DNA of 64,000 nt from Octopus vulgaris (GCA_951406725.2 OX597820.1:62930001-62994000); one strand, 5' to 3'; shown: positions 48,599-62,134, numbered from the stretch's first letter. Numbers and translations: made by a program. Notes: generated by a model from the letters alone, not told the origin.

Positions 48599-49419
48599 AA
48601 TGGAGTTCAATAAATAAATGAGGTGAGAAATTTCGGAGAAGGAAAAGTCGAAAAAATCCACTGTGGTTGAAAAAAGAGACAAAGGTGACCTTGCTGGGAT
48701 TTTAAATTCAGAGCATAAAAAAAAAAAACGAAAAAATACCGCAAGGCATTTTTCGATACAGCGCATCTGTTAGACAATAAGGATATTAACATTCAAAAAA
48801 GTATATTTTTATCTCGTTTGCCATCTATATGAAGAAACGGATCACGTAATACCTTACTAAAATATATTTTGCAAGCATGAAAATGTATCTTAACACATTA
48901 CACTCCACGTTTATGAAACCAATATATTTTATATGCTCATATGCACACACGTTTAAGTAATAATAATTCAGGAGTTGTTTTTACTACATCAAAAAAGAAC
49001 ACCGAATATATCTCATATTATCCTATAAAATTAGACGAAAGGTAACAATACAGCATAGGTTTTATGACTTAGGTAACCTCAAGCATTCGGTATATAAATG
49101 CTGCAAATGACATTAGGAGACGCCAGTGCACCAGAAATATAGACTGTCAAGATAAAAAAAAACAACAACAAAATAAACAATATCAAGTACGTTTATATAA
49201 TAAACACTCAAACTTATTTATATAATATTATGTAGGTATATATATCTGTGTGTGTGTGTGGTGTGGTGTTTTTGATGTGGTGTGTGTGTGTATCTGTGTA
49301 TACGTGTGTGTGCGTGTGTGTACGTATGTATATACGTATATATGCATATATATATATATGTATACATATATATGTATATAAGCGTTCGTAATATCTTCTC
49401 TCCATTTGGCTTAACAGCC

Positions 49420-49740
49420 CTCAATATCTGTGTTATTGTTGTTCTCCTTGTCCTGTCTTTTTACTGTTTATATCTGGTACCGTCTTTACTGTCCTGCTTT
49501 TGTTACCATTTTTACCCCTCCGCAAAAAATATCAAATTTGAATTAATTTGCCTTTTGCGGGAAGGAATGTTTCACCGAAGTCGTGTCTCGCCTTGACCTT
49601 CGAAACGCGGAGTAGATGAAACAGAGGCGACTGAAGAAGGGGAATATTCCTTGTGTTGTATGCCCTGTACTCTATTTTTTTGTTGTTTAAAAAAAATCTC
49701 CATTTCCTTGGTTTTGTATTTATGATTTCGCTTCTCATTG
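49420..49740 (+). repeat. Unclassified interspersed repeat; reverse homologue at 61270-61535
   Basis: Shared blocks ccctccgcaa, aattaatttgc..ttgcggga, tcgaaa..cgga.taga, tga.gaaggg, ttccttgtgttg. Confidence 0.6.
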
Positions 49741-50179
49741 TGTTCGACTAATTTTTTTGTGTCATGTACCCATATATGCATGTATATATACATATAGATG
49801 AAGGTACGTACATATATGTATGTATATATGCATATGTTTTATTTATTTATTTGTTATTATATGACGGAACGCACGCATCGATTTCTAAGTAAGTTTTTTC
49901 TTAATATATATATATATATATATGGCAACTTGGGCAAGTGTCTTCTGCTAAAGCCTCGCGCTGACCAAAGCCTCTCTGTCTATCCATTAATCGATCTATA
50001 TTCATAGTTCTGTATCCTCCCCCTAAAAGACAAAAAGCAAAAACAATGAAATCGCTTCTTAACAAAACAAAAGACACTTGATTTATATAATGAGCAAACT
50101 GTTTGCACATTCACAATGTTATTTTACCAGTTCAAAGACGAACGAAAGCGCTAATGATAATGACTAAATAAAAAAAAAT

Positions 50180-50679
50180 ATTAATAAATCTCCGAACGAG
50201 ATGTAAACAGTAACCGCTCGACAACGTAAAGTGTACTAGCCATCTCAATGTGGCTATCCACTGGAGGTGGGTGTTACTGAAGCTTTTAGCCCCAGGAGAT
50301 CATCGTCTCCAGCTGGCTTTAGACACACTTTCTGTGCTCTTCTGATATTCGCAAAGAGAGGTCATCCCGTCTCGAAAACCTAAGTGATACGTACGGACTA
50401 TAGTTTCGAGGTTTTTGCCTCTCGTCAACGTACGGTAATCACCGGTTTTCGATTTGAGAGACCTGTTTGCGAATATATGTTTAATGTTTTTCCCAGCAAC
50501 CACTGTTACTGATTTAGAAATACTGTCTCCTGGGGCTAAAAGCTTCAGTAACACCCACCCCCATTGGCTAGTACACTTCACGTTGTCGAGCGGATACTGT
50601 TTACATCTCCTTCGGAGATTTATTAATGCTTTCAGACAGTTTTTCTAAATCAGTAACAGTGGTTGCTGGGAAAAACATT
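50180..50679. repeat. Interlocked inverted repeats A..B A' B'
   Basis: A 50180-50299 / A' 50526-50627; B 50483-50528 / B' 50634-50679. Confidence 0.85.
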
Positions 50680-51149
50680 TTTTTTCGAAAATTCTGGCCA
50701 TCTCCTCTTTTCTCGATATTCAATATCTGTACACCACTTCTAACATTCTACACACACATATAATATAATAACGTAATTTCTATGTGTCAGTGTGTCACAC
50801 TTCGATCCCCTCTCGCATTATTCTTGACGCTTCTACTATTGCTCATACAGGGGTGAGAATAATAGTAGGCATTATTGAGGGTGGTGGCGAAGACACAGAG
50901 AGAGAGGGGGGATAGAGAAAGAATGAGAGGAGGAAATAGAGGGAGAAAGAGATGGAGGAAGGCAAAGAGAGGGAGAGAAAGAAATTCAGGGAGGGTTGTT
51001 GATGTTTTTATTAACAGTAGTAGTGTTAAAAGTAGGAGTGAGGGTAATAAGAGATAGATAGAGGGAGAGAGAGAGAGAAAGAGTGGGTATAAATAAAAAT
51101 TCCAAATTGAAAAGAAATTCCCCCTCCCTCTCACTACCTATCTATCTGC

Positions 51150-51211
<62 letters not shown>

Positions 51212-51924
51212 GTCTATCTATCTATCTGTCTATCTATCTATCTGAACACTGAACCAATATACTGAATTATCGCACTGAACAATGGTAATGGGGTGATAGT
51301 AGTTGTATGAGCTGTAGCTGTGTTAGAGGTGAAGGTGGCGGTGATGATGGTGGTGGTGGTGAAGAGTCGAGGCGGACAAGGATGACGGTGAGAGTAAGTA
51401 ATTTGAAAGACAGTGGTGTTGTTGGTGGTGGTAGAGGGGCAGGGGAAGAAGTCAAAGCTATTGATGGTGGTGTCGTCAGAAGTCTGAATGTTGTGTGTAT
51501 GTGGTGGCAATGGTGGTGGTACCGTTTATCATGCAGCTTTGCAATAAGTTCCAACTCGACTGTTGGAGCCCAAAGCTTTATGAAGAGCCCTCCACTGGAG
51601 CTAGCTTAAAAGCCGCGCATGCTAGTGCATGCATACATAACACAAATATATTATTCTTTAAAAATAATTTTGCAGGCTTTGCCTTCGAAGTCTCAGTCAG
51701 CCAAGCCATCGCCTGACTACGACACATTAGAATTAGTCTTATCTTTATAAAGTCTCTGTTGAATTAAAATCATTTTTGCGTGCGTGAGTTTGAGTGGGGG
51801 TGTTAATTATGTTTTTTTTATATTTGATTGTTATGGAAAAATGTTTGGAATCTATTTTATTGGTTAAATTTGGAGTTACGTTAGTGTTTCGAATTTATTC
51901 ATGCACATAAAAAAATTAAAATTA

Positions 51925-52494
51925 ATACGCCCTTTTAAAGCCTAGCCAGGCTCATGGGCCCGGTTTTTATGGCTTATCTGTTCCCCAGCTGGACGGGATG
52001 CCAGCCCATTAGCATTTGCCTTCGATTCTGTTATTGAGTATGAATATTTTATTACTTTTATTCATGGCATAAAGATAGATAAATTTTCAGGTTTGCTTGT
52101 TAGATATAGTTGCAACATGCGCATAAAAATAATATATAATAGGCATTTTTACAAAATATTTCTCATGATTCTCCATAAATTGTATAGATATGCTTGTATA
52201 AAAACACAGAGATCGTGAAACAAATAATAGCTCACCTGACTAGCTACCTCGTGTTGTTCATAACACATATCTTTGCATTGAGTTCATATGTATGTGAAAG
52301 TAGGAATGAATGAATACAAATATATATATGTATGAATGTAAGTATGTATATATGTATGTGTATTTATGTATGTATATACGTGTGGGTATGTAAGTATGTA
52401 TAAATGTATGTATGTATGTATGACTAGCTATCTGTTGTTTATAAATACAAGTATTTTATTACACATCTATGCACAGAGTTCTGGTGTACAAGCG

Positions 52495-52533
<39 letters not shown>

Positions 52534-52630
52534 TTTCTGAAGAACACAACGCGTCGCGCTGTCCAGAAATCGAAACCACAATCTTACGATCATGGTGCTG
52601 ACACCCTAACCACTAAGCCACGCGTCTCCA
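51925..52630 (-). mobile_element. SINE remnants (head 52537-52630, tail type 1 at 51925-52006) flanking a duplicated segment
   Basis: Tail matches the 3' part of SINE 8078-8385; head has A/B boxes. Confidence 0.6.
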
Positions 52631-53897
52631 CTACGCAAATACAAGGGAATCTTAAATTAATGAGTTGGTTACTGCTGATTTCATAGTCATGATCTTTCAT
52701 ATCTTGTTTTTTTCTTAATCATAAAATATATATCTGAAAAAACAAAAAAAAAGCACTACTGCTAAACATTTGCTTCCGTTAAGCTATGTAATCAAGTTAT
52801 TCTACCATCAATGTCAACACTTAGCAAACAGTGCTTTTGCTTGCTTTTAGGGAACGAAAAATATTTTTCTTAAAAAAGGATAAATAGCCAACAGAGAAAG
52901 GAGCAGCATATAGTGAAAAGAAAAGGATGTTTGGGATGTGCGCACAGAAAATAACCAAAGGGAATATTTGAGATATTTGTTATTATATATTGCTCTCATC
53001 GAGCGAAGAAGGTGCTTCCGAATTGAATAACGTCTGCCTTTTGCCAAACCACGGAACGTGTGTTTAAATAGAAGTCGTAACTATGAACGTTTCTGAGGAT
53101 AATCCCATTCTGTATTGTATGGAGATCAAACTCTTTGCTTCCTGCTTTAGAGTCCTGATATTTCTAGAACGTTCCGGTTAATTACTATATTCCCTCTCTT
53201 TTTTCTTAAATTTCCAGATGTGTTTGTTCGGTTTTGTGGCTCTCCCTTTATCTTCGGAAAGAAAGATACATGATTATAAAAACTTGCCATAAATTTACTT
53301 TCTATCACGAATACGTAATATTGAAGCGTTACTTCTTCCATGGTTCTACAGAGGTGATTCCACCATATAAATTATTGCTTCTGTGTCATAGAATTTCAAA
53401 GATGGTCAAGTGTTAGGGTTCCTGCATTAGCATTTGCCTTCGATTCTGTTATTGAGTATGAATATTTTATTACTTTTTTTATTCATGGCATAAAGATAGA
53501 TAAATTTTCAGGTTTGCTTGTTAGATATAGTTGCAACATGCGCATAAAAATAATATATAATAGGCATTTTTACAAAATATTTCTCATGATTCTCCATAAA
53601 TTGTATAGATATGCTTGTATAAAAACACAGAGATCGTGAAACAAATAATAGCTCACCTGACTAGCTACCTCGTATTGTTCATAACACATCTTTGCATTGA
53701 GTTCATATGTATATGAAAGTAGGAATGAATGAATACAAATATATGTATGTATGTATATAAGTATGTATATATGTATGTGTATTTATGTATGTATATACGT
53801 GTGGGTATATATGTATGTATGACTAGCTGTCTGTTGTTTATAAATACAAATATTTTATTGCACATCTATGCACAGGGTTCTGGTGTACAAGCGTATG

Positions 53898-53917
<20 letters not shown>
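52007..53917. repeat. Direct duplication of about 500 bp (52007-52529 and 53425-53917)
   Basis: Both copies start cattagcatttgccttcgattctg and stay colinear to the terminal (TA)n. Confidence 0.92.
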
Positions 53918-53952
<35 letters not shown>

Positions 53953-53964
53953 ATCTATAACTTT

Positions 53965-54781
53965 AATAACTGTTATAGGTTTCGGTCAGTATAGGCCCAG
54001 GCCATGTCTAAATTAATAGCACCACCTTGTGAAAACTTTTATTCATATATGGGGCTCCACGGCCCACTCTAGCAAAGAGTTATTATTGTTGCAGATATAT
54101 CCAGGTTGAGGTGGTTATTCCGGGATTTCTAGAAGAAATTTGTCCAGTGAACATTTGTATTTTATGGTATCCGTTTCCCTTTTGACGTATTTTGTTCTGG
54201 TATTAAAGAGAGCTGGACCAGTTGAGGTAAAGTAATTGTGACGTAATGTTGCTATGTGTACCGAGTTCGATTTTTGTAGTGGGCGGATAGCACGGGGGCC
54301 AAGTCTTGGATGGATTTTAAAATTGATGCCAACATCATTTGTGGAATATTGATGGAATATTTTCCACATGACACAAATGATGTAGGTCTCCCGGCGGCAT
54401 TGGAGAGAGTAGAGATTCAGCGTTTTAGTCGACCGTAATAATCAATGCCTCTTATACCACCTGTCTTTCTTGTTATTGACCTCTGGAGTGCTTCTATGGG
54501 TGGACCACAGTGGGCATCAGTATCCAAGGTGGAGTAAGGCAAAGTAGAGTAGAGAAGGATGATATTGTAGGCATCTCTAGGCCGGAAAGTTCCCAGAATC
54601 CAGGAGCACATCAGCCTTGTTGCTTGCGTGGAAACTCCAGCTTAGACTATTATCTACAATTACTCCAAGGTCTCTGGTGTTGTTGGATGACAGTAGGGAG
54701 TCGCCTAAGGGAAGAGCATATGGTAATTTCAAAGTTTTCTCTTTTCCAAAGTGGATCATATCAAACTTATCTTCGTTTAAA

Positions 54782-54783
<2 letters not shown>
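53965..54783 (-). mobile_element. CR1-group LINE 3' fragment (RT C-terminus and 3' UTR)
   Basis: LNEDKFDMIHFG, RDLGVIVDNSLSW, IEALQRSITRK, YYGRLK, LYSLQ.RR, GPALFN, KCSLDKFL; frameshifted. Confidence 0.88.
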
Positions 54784-54864
<81 letters not shown>

Positions 54865-54938
54865 GTGTGTGTGGATAGATAAATAGATTGATAGATAGAA
54901 AGATATATATATATATAAACACACACATATATACATGC

Positions 54939-54990
<52 letters not shown>

Positions 54991-55860
54991 ATGTATTTGC
55001 ATATGTATGTATGTATGTATATACATATACATATATATATATATATATATTCACACACATACACACGCATATATAAGTATCATAGAGTTGTGTGTTTATA
55101 CATACATACGTACGTACGTAATAATACATATATACGTACATACATACATGCATACATACATACACACCTTCATGGATATTTTAAATATATTGTGTATGGG
55201 GGACACCCTAGCTGTTTTCACACCATCCTTCCCGGAAAGAGAGATTCTAATGTAAAATCTGTATCACGTGATTACTTTTCATCTCGCTTTGCCTATTGCT
55301 ATATAACTCGTGATACTCGTGTTGTACAATGTTTACCACTATATTACAATTTACTTATAAATGTCTCTTTATGGTGAATGGTGACCTCATTTGTCATTCC
55401 ATTTATTGAAAGTACTTTAGCGTTGGATAATGAGAATATGTGCAGAACTAACCTATTGGACGTGCACAATATTATACGACTCTCGTCTTTTCCATATACT
55501 TGAAACCACGTAGATCTGCAACAGGACTAAATAGCCATCAGAGAGGTCATGGACAGAAAGTCAGAAATGTCATTGGGAGCAAGGAATCCCAATATGGAAC
55601 AGCCATCATATACGTATGTATTCTTTTACTCATTTTTTTTTTACTTGTTTCAGTTATTTGCGTGCGGACATGATGGAGCACCGCCCTTACCCATACAAAT
55701 CGACACCAGGACTTATTCTTTCTAAGCCTAGCACTTACTCTGCTGTTCCCTTTTGCCGAACTGCTAAGTTATGGTGGACGTAAACGCATCAACATCGATT
55801 GTCAGGCGATGGCGGGGGGACAGACAGACAGACAGAAAGACACACACACACACACACACA

Positions 55861-55938
<78 letters not shown>

Positions 55939-55945
55939 CATATAT

Positions 55946-56276
55946 GATCTTGGTTCAGTGGTTAGAGCGTCGAGCTTACGTTCGTGAGGTTGTGAGTTCG
56001 AATCTTGGACCGGGCTGCGTGTTGTGTTCTTCATTTAGACACTTTATTTCACGTTGCTCCAGTTCACTCACCTGAAGAAATGAGTTGCGACGTCACTGAT
56101 GCCAAACTGTATCGGCCTTTGCCTTTCCCTTGGATAACACTGGTTGTGTGGAGATGGGATGCCAGTATGCATGGGTGACTGATGGTCTTCCATAAACAAT
56201 CTTGCCCGGATTTGTGCCTGGGAGGGTAACTTTCTAGGTGCAATCCCATGATCAGTAATAACCGGAGTGTGTCTCA
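55946..56276 (+). mobile_element. SINE family B, nested in SINE A
   Basis: Homologous to 14785-15123. Confidence 0.88.
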
Positions 56277-56296
56277 GCATATATATGTGTGTGTGT

Positions 56297-56652
56297 GTGG
56301 AGGCGCAGTAGTTAGAGCAGCGGACTGGCGGTCGTGAGATCGCAGTTTCGATTCCCAGACCGGGCGTTGTGAGTGTTTATTGAGCGAAAACACCTAAAAG
56401 CTCCACGAGGCTAAGGCAGGGGTTGGTGGTGAACTCTGCTGTAGTCTTTCACCACAACTTTCTCTCACTCATTCTTCCTGTTGCTGTTGTACCTGTATTT
56501 CAAAGGACTAGCTTCGTCACACACTGTGTCATGCTGTATCGCCCCAGGAACTATATGTCTGTAGATTGCTCAGCCACTTACACGTTAATTACACGAGCTG
56601 GGTGTTCCGTTCATCGTTCCCTCGTCGTCGTAAAGCCACGACACTTTCCACC
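56297..56652 (+). mobile_element. SINE family C head with tail type 3, nested in SINE A
   Basis: Homologous to 22621-22972. Confidence 0.85.
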
Positions 56653-56654
56653 CC

Positions 56655-56693
<39 letters not shown>

Positions 56694-58204
56694 TACGACG
56701 GGTTTCTTTCAGTTTCCATCGACCAGATCCACTCACAAGGCTTTGCTCGACCAGAGGCTATAGCAGAAGACAGCTCCCAAGAGTGCCACGCAGTGGCACA
56801 GAACCCGGATCCCGGTGGCTGGAAAGTAATATTCTTATCACACAGCAGCTCTCGCGCTTATACATACAAGTATACAAATAAACTAACATAAATGTCAATA
56901 TTCTATAGAATGTCGATATATTCGTTGCCTCATTTTCTGCATGAATTCTTATCGATGACGCGTTTTAAAGTAGATACCGAGGGCTTATACTGTTTAAGTA
57001 GTAAATGTCATATTGTTTCAAATTTGGATATATGAAAATCTATCATGAGATAAAACATTGAACTGGGATATATCATAACATTCAATACTTGCACACATAC
57101 ATTAATGCAGACCAACAGAAACCCAAGATCACTCTATCGTAGTTACAGTAAAAACAAGAAAATTTTAACACAACAAGTAGAAAAGAATTGGAAAAAAATA
57201 TGTGTGAAAAAACGATAAGTTCAATACAAAGCTGAATGGTTATGCGAATTAGAATAGGGATACTGCGACCATGTTGAACAAAAAATTTATAATGTCGACA
57301 ACGAGCTTATAACTTGTCTTGACAAAAATATCAGAATGGAAATCCCAGGCCCAGATATTTTATCAATGGGATTTAATAAAACTTTATAGGAAGAGTATGT
57401 AGGGCACATTAAGCATGTTCACATGACTATTAGTAACCATTATCTCTCCCATCCTACAAAAGAGCAAAATCACCATATTTACCACCTAATAGTCTATAAG
57501 AATATCACGTATAAAATGTACACTACTTGACTTCGTCTGTTTCCCTAAGACCATTTTACTACCAACAGTATAACTTAGGAACATACAGGGGAAAGTAGGA
57601 AGGGTGGTAATGTACTGAGCACCAAGTAATTAGTAAAATGACATAGGACAGAATACAAAAGAAGTATGGTATGGCTGGACTAACAAATATGTATTGATAG
57701 CATACAACTTGGGTGGTTTATCAAAGTTATGTTATTCATGAAAGCTCCACCACCACCATCACCACATGTAGCTTTAATTTACCGTCTAAATAAAAACCGG
57801 CGCACTTACTCTTAGATGTGATAACGAGGATATTAAATCTGACGGAAAACGCTATCGAAACAGTATACTTCAGCACATTTAATAGTTTGTCATTATTATT
57901 TCTTCCACTCACATGAAATCTCTTATCATATCTGTTAACCAAACATAGGAGCTACAAGAAAGTAACCTGTAAGGACCCTAACCGTTATATATCTACCTAT
58001 TCATTATTGAATTCTAACCTCTATTTATTTATTCATTTATTATTGGATTGAAGCTGTATGGACCATGTAGTAACCACATTCTCTAACCCCATTCTTTAAA
58101 GACATTGTCAGGAAATTTAGTGGATCAAAATGTGCTGTTTTGTTAATAAAACGTGAAGAACATGTAAAATACTTCGATATGAAGTGGAACGTCGTCTCTT
58201 ACAA

Positions 58205-58362
58205 TGTCAAGGCTTCCAGGTGACACGACCAACGAAAGATCTAGCTCGTGAAATGAATGTGCTACTGGTTGAGCACGCCACAAAGGCAGATACAGCGTGA
58301 CATAGAATGTGAGGCGGCTGGCCCTTTGAATAACAGGTAGAACTCATCTTTCCCAGCTGTTG
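58205..58362 (-). mobile_element. Degenerate SINE fragment with tail type 3 joined to a family-B-like middle
   Basis: gctcgtgaaat...ggccctttgaa..acaggta (tail 3) followed by aactcat....cagctg as in family B. Confidence 0.5.
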
Positions 58363-58674
58363 AGCTCACCTTCGGGGAAGACTTCTTCTTTACGCTGGGT
58401 TTTAAAACACTTGAATCCAAAGACCGCGAAACAACTCGCCCCCCGATCCTACTTAGAAGTGATGGATACCAATGTTTCGCCATATTTTGGGGATTATCAA
58501 AATTACGTACCCAACATAATGAGGGAGTCGTCCACAGATCACTATGCAGCAGCGAACAGGTGAACTAGCAAAACATTGACCATGTGCAGTTGATAATGTA
58601 TATATGTGTGTGTGTGTGGAGGACTGTGTTTATGCATATATATATATATATATAAATATATAGTTGAAATTTAT

Positions 58675-58850
58675 AGGAAAAAAAAAGACGAAGACAAGTC
58701 CATAAACAACAAGCAGGTGTATTAGTTTGACGCTCGGAAAGGTGAGGAAGTCTTTTACGTTTCGAGCCTACGCTCTTCAACAGAAAGGAACACGAGGAAA
58801 TAAATGGAGGGAATAAAAAAAAACTTGTGGATTTAGCAGTCAATCATGAT
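58675..58850 (-). mobile_element. Solo Penelope-like pLTR unit with the variant hammerhead motif (58752-58787)
   Basis: Homologous to 33830-33990; minus strand cttt-CTGTTGA-A-GAGCgtagGCTC-GAAA-CG-TA-aaag. Confidence 0.7.
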
Positions 58851-59464
58851 ATATGTATAAGAGAAGCGCCCGTCATTCTTCGAACGGACAATCTATCGCT
58901 AGTTAAGAAATTTTCAGAAGTGGTTTTTTTCAAGCAAATATAAAATTTACACAACATTGTTTTCACTTTAGTGACTCTGTTAAGAATTTTACCATTTAGT
59001 GACTCTGTTTAGACTAAGATACATTTTGAAGCAAACATTTATTGAATGTCATGAATATTTTATTGGAATATATATAATTTTCCTTCTTCCCCCACCTATC
59101 GCTCTTTTCTATATAAAGGAATCTTAAGTTCTTGTACTTGTCATTGTCAACTCAACTCGCAAATTTAAAACCTGTTACGTTGAAGAAGAAGGAGTTGTTA
59201 AATCATCGGTATTATATCCTTATTTTCACCAGCAGTTAACCTCTTGAAACAGCCATTGGTAGCCTAATTTTACCACTTTCAACTATTCTGACTTTTTACC
59301 ATTTTCCTCCTCATATATTTTATTTCACTTTCGTCACTACTTCAGACCTTCTTCACGTATGTTTACGTATAAATGGATTTTTAAAATATAGTAATGTCTA
59401 CATCTAAATTTTTTTTAAATCTATTATATTACATATATTTTTAATATATTTAGTTAATTATATG

Positions 59465-59527
<63 letters not shown>

Positions 59528-59528
<1 letters not shown>

Positions 59529-59633
59529 GTGGGGTGTATGTAGAGTCTTGAGCCTAAAAAAAAAAAGAATATGGTACAAGACTTCTGATAAATGTACAAG
59601 ACTTCAAGGCTCAAAATTTTCATACACCCCTCG
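59528..59633. mobile_element. Mariner-type mini-MITE, 106 bp
   Basis: Imperfect TIRs cgtggggtgtatgtagagtcttgagcct / aggctcaaaattttcatacacccctcg; TA on both sides within (TA)n. Confidence 0.7.
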
Positions 59634-59818
59634 TATATATATATAGCAGGGAAATAAAACAAGGTCGAAAATGCATATATATATTAACTCGTGTGTTACT
59701 TTTCAACCTCCTACACACACACACACACACATTCAAACGCAGATATATGTAAGTATATAAATATCTATTTATACACACACATACACGCAGATACAATTAC
59801 ACACTAACACACGCACAC

Positions 59819-59858
<40 letters not shown>

Positions 59859-60742
59859 CAAATATGTATGACTACACGCGTATAGGCACACGCATTCACA
59901 CTTAAATATATACGATACATTAATTCATACATACATGCATACGTACAACCATGCATGCATATATATACATATACATACATTGACAGAAAATTACAACAAA
60001 TTATAGAAAATTATAGAAAATTTACAGAAAGTAACAGAATTACAGAAAAAATATGTGCATATATGAATACATCCATCCATACACATGCACACACACACAT
60101 ATACATATAAATATATATACATACATATATATATATATATATATATGTATGTATATTATTTTAAAGTCAGCTAGAGAGCTAGACGCTCACACACATACAT
60201 GCACACTCACACGCACACACAAACACACACACACGCACACACACGCATATATATGCAAGCATACCAATAAACATATACTAAACGTGTAAATTGCTTGTAG
60301 GTTCAGGTAAATTGTTAAAATTTATAACATATTTTGATGTTCTATTGTTGCCTTGGTGATGCAATGATACTCTGGTTCTCCAACAGAGAAATGCACTGAA
60401 AAACCCTTTAATGGTTTTGCCTTTGACATTTCACCATACTTGAAACAGACTTACCAATTCGATTGTCCTCTTGTCATTATTTATCTCCCCATTTTCTGAT
60501 ATATTTCTCTTTCTCTCCATCCTGTTTTATCAATGTAGACGTAGCATCTGTGTGTTTGAGTGCAGCCGTCAGTGTATCACTTTCCACTCTTTCTAACATT
60601 CAACTCTTTGTCACTCCTAATGTTAATCACTCGCAATATATATATGCGTTTCCTCTTTAATTATCCATTTCATATGAGTTGTCATAATGTCTCCCGTACA
60701 CAGACATGTCTTTCCTAGCTCGTTATTTCATTAACAGTTTTT

Positions 60743-60808
<66 letters not shown>

Positions 60809-60818
60809 ATCTCGCTTT

Positions 60819-60862
<44 letters not shown>

Positions 60863-60907
60863 AGTATATGTACATAGTTACATGTATACTATATACATAT
60901 ACTATAT

Positions 60908-61252
60908 ACTGCGTGGCACCTTGGGCAAGTGTCTTCTACTATAGCCTCGGGCCGACCAAAGCCTTGCCAGTGGATTTGGTAGACGGAAACTGAAAGAAGC
61001 CCGTCGTATATATGTATATATTTATATATATGCGTGTGTGTGTTTGTGTATCTGTGTTTGTCCCCCTAGCATTGCTTGACAACCGATGCTAGTTTGTTTA
61101 TGTCCCCGTTACTTAGCGGTTCGGCAATAAGTACTGGGAATAAGTACTGGGCTTACAAAAGAATAAGTCCTGGGGTCGAGTTGCTCGATTAAAGGCGGTG
61201 CTCCAGCATGGCCGCAGTCAAATGACTGAAACAAGTAGAAGAGTAAAAGAGT
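60908..61252 (+). mobile_element. SINE family A, 5'-truncated
   Basis: Homologous to 1325-1733. Confidence 0.88.
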
Positions 61253-61620
61253 ATATGCATATGTGGGCATAGAACGTCACAAAACATAAACAACAAAAGT
61301 TACGAAGTACGAGGACATGGAGTAAGGAGGTTATTTTCGAAAGCAACGAAAGTAGCAAATGAAAAAGAAGACAAGCAACACAAGGAACGACCCTTCATCA
61401 ATCGTCTGCTGTTTTTTCTAATCCGTATTTCGAGCAATTCGTGACAAGATACGCCTTCGATAAAACAGTTGCTCCCGCAAAGCAAATTAAATAAAACTTG
61501 CGATCTTGCGGAGGGTCAAGATTGGTGACAAAAACATATGTATATAAAGGTAGTAGTTATCGCTACTTCAGCATAGATGTTCTCTAAGAGATGTCGATAC
61601 TGCTGTTTTTACCACAGGAA

Positions 61621-61699
<79 letters not shown>

Positions 61700-61724
61700 A
61701 GGTTTCGAGATGATGTACAGGTAT

Positions 61725-62021
61725 TATATATTAGAAGAAATGAGGTAATCAGAAGATCGGATGGTTCATATTTATAGATATTTATTTATATATTACATTT
61801 TTTACATATATATATCATATCATTCAGATTATTAGCGCTTTCTCCCATTCTAGTGGGGTTTTCAAATCAAACCCGACTAGAATGGGAGAAAGCGCTAATA
61901 ATCTGAATGATATGATCTGAATGATATGATCAGAATGATATGATATATATATGTAAAAAATGTAATATATAAATAAATATCTATAAATATGAACCATCCG
62001 ATCTTCTGATTACCTCATTTC

Positions 62022-62033
<12 letters not shown>
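61725..62033. repeat. Near-perfect fold-back palindrome with ~130-bp arms
   Basis: 61725-61854 is the reverse complement of 61876-62033 apart from two extra 14-bp tandem units in the right arm. Confidence 0.93.
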
Positions 62034-62069
<36 letters not shown>

Positions 62070-62134
62070 CGTACACACATATGTAGCTCACTATTTATCT
62101 CACCTTGTTGTCGAACCCAGTAGGAGCTGAAATT

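Larger units (their letters stand above)
55620..56855 (-). mobile_element. SINE family A split by two other SINEs
   Basis: 3' half at 55620-55830 and 5' half at 56695-56855. Confidence 0.75.
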
